Source: a virus
Taxonomy: Duplodnaviria; Caudoviricetes
DNA length: 33,682 bases
Virus record (IMG/VR): IMGVR_UViG_3300032305_000417
Coordinates: 1 to 33,682 of that record
Direction: 5' to 3' (one strand)
Shown here: positions 28,020 to 33,682 of the stretch, one piece after another
Layout: each line of letters opens with the position of its first letter
How positions within the stretch are numbered: position 1 is the first letter of the stretch
Program-made: the position numbers and the translations under genes
The notes under the pieces: generated by a model
Told to the model about the DNA's origin: nothing
Databases searched by the model: none
Seen by the model: the letters and a program-made list of their open reading frames with translations, nothing else

Positions 28020-28159
28020 GGCTGCTCCTTTAGGCGCTCTCGCACTTCTTCGGTGATACCTTTAAACAAGTCTTCTTTCTCAAGTTCCTCTGACCTTGCC
28101 TTGGCATAAGCTGTCCAGCCAGGCTTGCGAGCCATATTTGTTAGATGCTGGATTTGCAT
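28016..28159 (-). CDS. Hypothetical protein (47 aa; alternative TTG start at 28177)
   Basis: MQIQHLTNMARKPGWTAYAKARSEELEK...EEVRERLKEQP; ATGA overlap with next gene. Confidence 0.5.
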   Translation of the reverse strand: MQIQHLTNMARKPGWTAYAKARSEELEKEDLFKGITEEVRERLKEQP

Positions 28160-28283
28160 CTCCCTCACATTCTCCAAAGTCCAAGTCACCTGTTAGTTCC
28201 AAAGCCTTGTTAATCGTGTCTATATTATAAGACACATTATCACGCACTTGGTCAAGTATTTTTACTGCTTCGTAGTAGTTCAT
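28080..28283 (-). CDS. Hypothetical protein
   Basis: MNYYEAVKILD..INKALELTGDL; ATGA-coupled to replication gene. Confidence 0.6.
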   Translation of the reverse strand: MNYYEAVKILDQVRDNVSYNIDTINKALELTGDLDFGECEGDANPASNKYGSQAWLDSLCQGKVRGT

Positions 28284-29077
28284 ACTTGCGCCCCTTTACG
28301 CAACTCTGCCAATTTAGCCAGCACTTCCAAAGAAGGCGGCACAGCATTTTTTCTGTGTTCTTCAATCTTCCGCAATGCAGCGTCTTGATTTGGTGGTGTC
28401 GGTGTAGTGATATGCGCGACATCAAACTTGTTGGCAAAACTCTTAGGCGCTGATTGACTGCGTATCCAGTTACGCCATGTTGCTTGCCAATCCAATTTAA
28501 CTCCACCAGTACCAGCTTTGGCAATCCAAAAGTCTTTAAAACTGTCAGCCACCGAATTGATGTTTAGGTCAGATCGTTCTTGTTCTGCCCATTCTTTCCA
28601 ATCATCTGGCAAAGACCAATCGGTAGGCAAGCGCGACCCGCGCTGCGTCTTTACCTTTGGTTCTTGGTTAATGGTTATTGGTTTATGGTTATTGGTTGGT
28701 TGAACGTCTGTTGAACGTAAATCTAACGACCGTTCAACGCCCGTTGGATTCTTGTTTAACGCTCGTTTAGCTGCCGATGCTTTTCCAGCTTTAGAAGCTG
28801 TATCAAGCTGCTGGTGGTAATGCTTAATTTCTTTGTCGCAACGTGTGTGATGCCATTGGTTGTCTTTTAATGTAAAAAACATATCAAGAATTCCAAGCAA
28901 TTTGTCTTGTTCTTCACGCGCATTGACCTTCATGGAAAGTTCAAACATTGAGTTTGGCAATGCTTGCTCTGTATCGTAATAAAGCCACAAAAGTTTTAAA
29001 TAAATGCCGACTTCTTCGTTTGTCAAGAACGAAGTGTCCTTGATGAAGTCACCAATATGATGCTGGTAGTAGTGCAT
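28280..29077 (-). CDS. Replication initiator, DUF1376/YdaU family (lambda O position)
   Basis: MHYYQHHIGDF..DTSFL..GIYLKLLWLYY N-domain; RLPTDW..FKDFW..KLDWQATWRNW C-domain. Confidence 0.85.
   Translation of the reverse strand: MHYYQHHIGDFIKDTSFLTNEEVGIYLKLLWLYYDTEQALPNSMFELSMKVNAREEQDKLLGILDMFFTLKDNQWHHTRCDKEIKHYHQQLDTASKAGKASAAKRALNKNPTGVERSLDLRSTDVQPTNNHKPITINQEPKVKTQRGSRLPTDWSLPDDWKEWAEQERSDLNINSVADSFKDFWIAKAGTGGVKLDWQATWRNWIRSQSAPKSFANKFDVAHITTPTPPNQDAALRKIEEHRKNAVPPSLEVLAKLAELRKGAQV
28661..28750. repeat. Putative replication origin (iteron-like repeats inside initiator gene)
   Basis: Tandem TGGTTAA/TGGTTAT/TGGTTTA/TGGTTAT heptamers, GTTGAACG twice and inverted CGTTCAAC. Confidence 0.55.
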
Positions 29078-29106
29078 ATAGCCCGCTTTTTAAAGCCCCT
29101 TTGAAA

Positions 29107-29172
29107 GAAACTGCGGCAGGAGAAGGGGTAACTCTTTTCAATCGGGTAATTAGTCCGACCTAGCCGTGTTTC
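29107..29172 (+). ncRNA. Three-way-junction structured RNA, c4-antisense-RNA-like
   Basis: P1 GAAAC.GCGGC.AGG / CCT.GCCGT.GTTTC; P2 AGAAGGG-GTAA-CTCTTTT (GNRA loop); P3 TCGGG-TAATTAG-TCCGA; four G-U pairs on plus strand. Confidence 0.6.
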
Positions 29173-29185
29173 AAAACATTATAAC

Positions 29186-29473
29186 TTAGGAATCGTCATC
29201 TTCAAACGCTTCAGAACTTTTCTCGCCTTCTTCATAAGCAATGTTTAGGCAATCAGCAAAGTTCACATCCAATGTTGCACAGATGCTAATCAGCGAAATG
29301 CCAATCCAGCCAACCATCTTGGCCATCTTGTCTGGGCTTTCTTGATCGTTGAACCAGGCTAACGATTCCATATATTCTTGGATAGCCTCCAGATCAAAGT
29401 CTATGCTTCCGTCAAAACCGCGAGTTGCCTCGACCTGACGGATAATTTTCATTTCTGTTTCAGCGTAACTCAT
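29186..29473 (-). CDS. Degenerate MazG-like (NTP pyrophosphohydrolase fold) protein
   Basis: MSYAETEMKIIR start and VG.IGISLISICATLDVNFADCLNIAYEE end resemble phage MazG-like proteins. Confidence 0.5.
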   Translation of the reverse strand: MSYAETEMKIIRQVEATRGFDGSIDFDLEAIQEYMESLAWFNDQESPDKMAKMVGWIGISLISICATLDVNFADCLNIAYEEGEKSSEAFEDDDS

Positions 29474-29627
29474 CTTTAAACCAATCTGGTCGTAAGACCT
29501 TTAGTTGCCATACACGGGCCTTTGGCACTACGTCTTTCCACGCAGACACCGCTGGCTGACTGATACCTAACAGTTTAGCAAGCTCAACCTGTGAGCCTGC
29601 AAGTTTGATTGCTTGTGTTTTTTCCAT
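29460..29627 (-). CDS. cro: Cro-like HTH repressor (55 aa, not in ORF track)
   Basis: AIKLAGSQVELAKLLGISQPAVSAWKDVVPKARVWQLKVLRPDWF; first gene of divergent arm. Confidence 0.85.
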   Translation of the reverse strand: MEKTQAIKLAGSQVELAKLLGISQPAVSAWKDVVPKARVWQLKVLRPDWFKDELR

Positions 29628-29699
29628 GCGTGAAATATAACATAACTTTCGTTAAGTTGTAGATAAACAACATTAGGGTTTGTCACTACAAAATAATTG

Positions 29700-29727
29700 T
29701 TGACGTATGCTTAATCTAGGTTATAGT
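29700..29727 (+). promoter_or_regulatory. Early rightward sigma70 promoter
   Basis: TTGACG-16 nt-TATAGT followed by leader with AGGAG RBS. Confidence 0.65.
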
Positions 29728-29773
29728 TCAGTCATCCCGTAGCAATTAGCAGGCGGTACTTAGGAGAAACAAA

Positions 29774-29971
29774 ATGATAGTAGTTTCAACAACACCCATT
29801 GGCCCGAAAAAAGACAGAGCTTATTGGCTTATACAGCAAAGCCCAGAGCAAACAAAAATTTTTAAAGTACAAGGCGTTGGAAAAAGTTTTATGCTGTTTG
29901 ATGGTGAGCAACACTTAGTAAGTTTTCCAACTTTAACAAAATGCACAGATTACGTTAAAAACGCAACTTAA
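29774..29971 (+). CDS. Early hypothetical protein
   Basis: 65 aa, TAGGAG RBS. Confidence 0.7.
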   Translation: MIVVSTTPIGPKKDRAYWLIQQSPEQTKIFKVQGVGKSFMLFDGEQHLVSFPTLTKCTDYVKNAT

Positions 29972-29975
29972 ACTG

Positions 29976-29984
29976 TGTTATACT
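29976..29984 (+). promoter_or_regulatory. Extended -10 promoter (second copy of early leader)
   Basis: TG-T-TATACT followed by repeat of the first leader. Confidence 0.55.
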
Positions 29985-30029
29985 TCACTCATCCCGTAGC
30001 GCAATGCAAGCGGTAACTTAGGAAACAAT

Positions 30030-30248
30030 ATGAAAGATGCTTACCTCAAACCAGAACACTTTGACCATGTGTTCTACACCTACATCACCTTCTACGGCTC
30101 ACAAAAAAAAGTCACTTGTGCTTTTGATGAGCCTGATGATGTCCACGTTTGGTTGTACGACAACGACTACAACATCACATACGACACCACACGCGAAGAC
30201 AGCCAACGCATTGAATTATTCGCCCACGAAATTTTGGAGCAAGTATGA
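30030..30248 (+). CDS. Early acidic hypothetical protein
   Basis: 72 aa, TAGGA RBS. Confidence 0.7.
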   Translation: MKDAYLKPEHFDHVFYTYITFYGSQKKVTCAFDEPDDVHVWLYDNDYNITYDTTREDSQRIELFAHEILEQV

Positions 30249-30367
30249 AACGCACCTTTTACCCTGAAATCCCCAAGATCAAAAAACCAATCTGGCCACA
30301 CGTTTTGCGTGTTACCTACATTGTTGCTTGCTTTACCGTATTTATTTTAATTTGGACAGGACTATGA
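30245..30367 (+). CDS. 40-aa single-TM peptide
   Basis: MKRTFYPEIPKIKKPIWPHVLRVTYIVACFTVFILIWTGL; ATGA overlaps at both ends. Confidence 0.6.
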   Translation: MKRTFYPEIPKIKKPIWPHVLRVTYIVACFTVFILIWTGL

Positions 30368-30918
30368 AAAACATTGCCACCGCACTCGTCAAAGCACAGA
30401 AAGCCTTTGGCCCTGCTTTAAAGACCGCTACAAACCCGCATTTCCGTAGCAAGTACGCAAACCTATCAAACTGCGTTGAAGCCGTTATAGACGCTTTAAA
30501 CGATAACGGGATTTTCTTGTTGCAAAAGAACTACGACAGTCCAAACGGCATCATGGTGGAAACCGTGTTTGTTCACGAATCAGGTGAGATGCTTGAATGT
30601 GGATGCTTGTTTTTTCCAGCGCAAAAGAACGACCCTCAAGGCTTCATGTCGGCTTTGACTTATGGACGCAGGGCGTCTTTGATGGCCGCTTGCGGTATCG
30701 CGCCAGAAGATGATGACGGTGAATCAGCCACAAGACCAGCCAAGACTACGGTTGATTCAAACCAGATGGCTGACCACTTACTTGCAATACAAGACGCAAC
30801 CGATCAGGACAGCTTGAAAACGGCTTACCAAGCAGCTTACAAAGCCTGCGGCACAGATGCCAACTGGCAGAAAAAAGTTATTGCAGCCAAAGACGCAAAG
30901 AAAGCGGCACTATCATGA
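30364..30918 (+). CDS. erf: ERF-family single-strand annealing recombinase
   Basis: ALVKAQ..K.ATNPHFRSKYANL, HESGE, DPQGFMSALTYGRR..GIAPEDDDG. Confidence 0.9.
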   Translation: MKNIATALVKAQKAFGPALKTATNPHFRSKYANLSNCVEAVIDALNDNGIFLLQKNYDSPNGIMVETVFVHESGEMLECGCLFFPAQKNDPQGFMSALTYGRRASLMAACGIAPEDDDGESATRPAKTTVDSNQMADHLLAIQDATDQDSLKTAYQAAYKACGTDANWQKKVIAAKDAKKAALS

Positions 30919-31547
30919 TTGAACAAGGCTCACCAGAATGGTTTGCACAGCGCCTTGGCAAAGTTACGGCCAGCCGTGTTGCTGACGTTATCGCTAAGAC
31001 TAAGACGGGTTACAGCACCAGCCGCGACAATTATATGGCGCAGTTGGTCTGTGAGCGCATGACCAACACAGTTGCTGAATCGTTTACCAACACAGCTATG
31101 CAATGGGGTACTGAGACTGAACCACTAGCTAGGGCAGCGTATGAAGCCCATGCAGACGTTTTAGTGGATGAGGTTGCCATGATTACCCACCCAACGATTG
31201 AGGACGCTGGCGCTTCTCCTGATGGGCTTGTTGGTGATGATGGCCAGCTTGAGATTAAATGCCCTAACACAGCCACGCACATTGACACTTTGTTGTCCCA
31301 AGCTGTGCCAAGCAAGCACATAACGCAGATTCAATTTCAGCTTGCCTGTACTAGTCGCAAGTGGTGCGATTTTGTGTCTTTTGACCCAAGGTTGCCCACA
31401 GAACTTCAATTGTTTGTAAAGCGCGTCAACCGTGACGATGCCTACATTCAAATGTTGGAGAAAGAAGTTATCCAATTCTTGACTGAGTTGGATGGCAAAA
31501 TTAAGAAACTAAACGAACTGAAAGAAACCAATGGCAATAATTTATGA
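30915..31547 (+). CDS. YqaJ / lambda-exonuclease-family nuclease
   Basis: QGSPEWFAQRLGKVTAS, WGTETEPLAR, ASPDG, LEIKCP, QIQFQL. Confidence 0.92.
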   Translation: MIEQGSPEWFAQRLGKVTASRVADVIAKTKTGYSTSRDNYMAQLVCERMTNTVAESFTNTAMQWGTETEPLARAAYEAHADVLVDEVAMITHPTIEDAGASPDGLVGDDGQLEIKCPNTATHIDTLLSQAVPSKHITQIQFQLACTSRKWCDFVSFDPRLPTELQLFVKRVNRDDAYIQMLEKEVIQFLTELDGKIKKLNELKETNGNNL

Positions 31548-31797
31548 AGTGACCGTCAAAGCTGGCGTGTACCAAAAAGACGGACAAGAAAAAATCCGCT
31601 ATCAGCGCATCGGCAGCGTGATTGAGACAAAGAAAGGGCCAATGCTTAAACTTGACCAGATGCCTTTGGTTGAAGGCGGCTGGACAGGTTGGGCTTACCT
31701 TTTTGAGCCACAAACCGATGGCTACAAAGCGCCAGCAAAGTCTAAAGCGCCAGCCAGCAGCGGGTTTGATGACATGGATGACAATATCCCCTTCTAA
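31531..31797 (+). CDS. Small SSB-like protein
   Basis: Beta-rich core and acidic tail GFDDMDDNIPF like bacterial SSB C-terminus. Confidence 0.65.
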   Translation: MAIIYEVTVKAGVYQKDGQEKIRYQRIGSVIETKKGPMLKLDQMPLVEGGWTGWAYLFEPQTDGYKAPAKSKAPASSGFDDMDDNIPF

Positions 31798-31803
31798 TTT
31801 TTT

Positions 31804-31858
31804 GGGGGTGAAAGTCAGCAATTTGCAGTTGCCATTGATTAGTAGCCCCCGTTTTTTT
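31804..31858 (+). ncRNA. Stem-loop with loop-E / sarcin-ricin-like internal loop and U-tract (structured terminator)
   Basis: GGGGGT-GAA-AGTCA...TGATT-AGTA-GCCCCC then GTTTTTTT. Confidence 0.55.
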
Positions 31859-31872
31859 GCATAGGAACCAAT

Positions 31873-32175
31873 ATGTTTAAATTTTTTAGAGCAAAAACCA
31901 CAGACGCAATCACCAGCTTTAAAGCGGCTGATTCCATTAAAGACGTAGCAAAAATGCACCAAGAGGTGATTGTTGCGTGTTTACAACGCTTTGGGCCATT
32001 GGGTAAAGATGGCATTGCTATGCACACAGGCTTGCAAAGCAACCAAGTGGCCAGACGCATGAACGAGTTAGAAAAACTTGATCTAATTGAGTTAACTGGA
32101 AAACAGGTAACGTCTAACAGCGGCAGGCAAGAGCGTGAGTGGCGTTTTAAGCCAGTACAACAGGAGTTAATATGA
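31873..32175 (+). CDS. Winged-helix DNA-binding protein
   Basis: TSFKAA..GPLGKDGIA..QVARRMNELEKLDLIELTG..SNSGRQEREW. Confidence 0.7.
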   Translation: MFKFFRAKTTDAITSFKAADSIKDVAKMHQEVIVACLQRFGPLGKDGIAMHTGLQSNQVARRMNELEKLDLIELTGKQVTSNSGRQEREWRFKPVQQELI

Positions 32176-32396
32176 AAACAGTTTTAGTGCCTGGCGCACC
32201 TTGGCCAGACCCAAACGAAAAGCTCGTTGTTGAAAAAAGACCTAAACAACATAGCTGGCGCCACATCAAGATAGACAGCAACTATCTAGATTACTTTGCC
32301 GATACGCATAATGAGTTGCTTCAGCCTCCCAAAAAAGGCCAAGGCAACCCAAATGCGGCAAAGAATTTCGAAAAGTTTAATCTTCGATCTTCGTAA
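32172..32396 (+). CDS. Hypothetical protein
   Basis: CAGGAG RBS, ATGA overlap. Confidence 0.55.
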   Translation: MKTVLVPGAPWPDPNEKLVVEKRPKQHSWRHIKIDSNYLDYFADTHNELLQPPKKGQGNPNAAKNFEKFNLRSS

Positions 32397-32607
32397 CAAC
32401 GTAGGTGGAGACGGTTACAGCTTCGTCTTCATCTTCTTCGTCTTCTTCTTCTTCTTCCACGATTTGTTCGTAGTCAGCAGCCCAACCATTTTCTTGTTGG
32501 AATTCAATGAACTCGCGGATTAACTCGATCTTGTCAAAGTCAGAAGTCTCGATAGTTACTTTCTCGTCACCACCCCAAGCTGAAATGTCGATTTCAATTT
32601 TGTACAT
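32377..32607 (-). CDS. Small highly acidic protein (76 aa)
   Basis: AAGGA RBS before MYKIEIDI; tract EEEEEDEEDEDE. Confidence 0.7.
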   Translation of the reverse strand: MYKIEIDISAWGGDEKVTIETSDFDKIELIREFIEFQQENGWAADYEQIVEEEEEDEEDEDEAVTVSTYVVTKIED

Positions 32608-32617
32608 GATTAGTCCT

Positions 32618-33595
32618 TTAAACATTGATGATTTGGCCTCTAAATTCGATCTGCCCTTCAGCCCATTTGTGAACCAACTCAGGCCACAACAGTTTCCCAT
32701 CCTTAAATGACAGAACGGCGAAACCCGATCTCCAGTTCACAGGCGCGTCTTCCAAGTAGTCCATAAATTGTGGGCCATTTGTCTCAGCTAATGTCCCCGT
32801 GTCAACGCCAAACCGATTGCCGTTGTAATCTGCATAAGGCGTAACTTTAAGGCTATGCAGATGGCCTGTAACCATTGTTTTACCGCTGTTAACCGTGTTG
32901 TTGTGGGTAGCATGAACGCCGCCCTTCCAACGATGCTTAACGACCACATCTTCAGTCACCCAACATGACCAGCAAGGTTTCCACGCAGGAAAGTGGTCTT
33001 TAAGGGAAAACCCTTTAACCTGTTCGTACTGTGGTGCGTTAGCAGCTAGGCGGTTTTCAAACCTAGCGTCATGGTTGCCAAGTGTCCAAACTAAATGGAC
33101 ATTGTGACGGGCTTTCTTGGCGGCTTCTTCTATCTCACCCATTGACATTTCACAGGCTTTTAGTTCTTCAATGACTGATGGGGTTTTACTCCAGCCATGA
33201 GGGGGATAACGGCTAATACTAGCGCCGTCAAAAACGTCACCGTTAGCAATAACCGCCTTCGGTTGCAGTTCCTTAATAGCCCATAACAGACCACGATAAG
33301 CAGTAGTGTGGATACCTGGCCAAAAATGTGAATCAGAGAAAATAATGACAGTTCCATTTTCCACTCCGAGATAAGAACGCGCAGGATTCCTGTTTGCCTG
33401 ATTGCTACTTACAGCAACGTATTTTTGTTTACTAGGATGAACATCTAGGTTGATTTTTAACCGATCTTCTATCCGTCTGCGTCTGGCGTTTACTTTTCTC
33501 TCAGAAGTACCAATGAGTTCAGCAATTTTTTTAGCTGAAGCGTGTGTATTCCACAACTCTAAAAACTCGTTCTCGCTACATAGTGGAGCAGCCAT
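32618..33595 (-). CDS. Calcineurin-like metallophosphoesterase with N-terminal HTH-like segment
   Basis: SDSH, NGDVFD, GNHD, KHRW, TGHLH motifs; N-terminal AKKIAELIGTSERKVNARR. Confidence 0.88.
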   Translation of the reverse strand: MAAPLCSENEFLELWNTHASAKKIAELIGTSERKVNARRRRIEDRLKINLDVHPSKQKYVAVSSNQANRNPARSYLGVENGTVIIFSDSHFWPGIHTTAYRGLLWAIKELQPKAVIANGDVFDGASISRYPPHGWSKTPSVIEELKACEMSMGEIEEAAKKARHNVHLVWTLGNHDARFENRLAANAPQYEQVKGFSLKDHFPAWKPCWSCWVTEDVVVKHRWKGGVHATHNNTVNSGKTMVTGHLHSLKVTPYADYNGNRFGVDTGTLAETNGPQFMDYLEDAPVNWRSGFAVLSFKDGKLLWPELVHKWAEGQIEFRGQIINV

Positions 33596-33682
33596 ATCAA
33601 TCCTTCAGTTTAAGTCGCCAAAATAAAGTGCCAGTAGCACCCCAAGGTTTACTCGGCTCAAACAATTTGAAACCTGTGGCTA
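33563..33682. repeat. Terminal direct repeat, right copy
   Basis: Identical to 1-120. Confidence 0.97.

Noticed and set aside
29107-29172. tRNA gene
   Set aside because: Only three stems, no T-loop TTCRA, no anticodon-arm geometry or CCA end
29721-30032. CRISPR-like array
   Set aside because: Only two degenerate repeats separated by a whole gene; no cas genes

Overview
Apparently complete, circularly assembled genome of a P22-like podovirus: 33,562 bp plus a 120-bp terminal overlap (1-120 = 33563-33682). The layout is lambdoid. A minus-strand arm runs cro-like repressor, degenerate MazG-like gene, DUF1376 replication initiator, nin-like genes, GroES, small basic proteins, TerS/TerL, portal, scaffold, coat, decoration proteins, two fibre cassettes, gp4/gp10/gp26/gp14-like tail hub, three ejection proteins, a short tailspike-like protein and lysis genes. 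A plus-strand early arm carries ERF, a YqaJ exonuclease, an SSB-like gene and a wHTH gene. I found no integrase, CI repressor, DNA polymerase, methyltransferase or tRNA. A freshwater betaproteobacterial host is a guess from gene content and AAGGA ribosome-binding sites. Highlights: (1) a single in-frame TGA splits the essential gp10-like tail gene; (2) several structured-RNA candidates, two folding best antisense to the adjacent genes, including a c4-like three-way junction; (3) an overlapping membrane-protein pair in a lysis cassette without a recognisable spanin; (4) a GNAT, HTH-metallophosphoesterase and acidic-protein operon across the junction; (5) apparent genome-wide CCGG avoidance; (6) a MazG-like gene lacking catalytic residues. 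All family calls come from motif recognition and synteny, not database searches.
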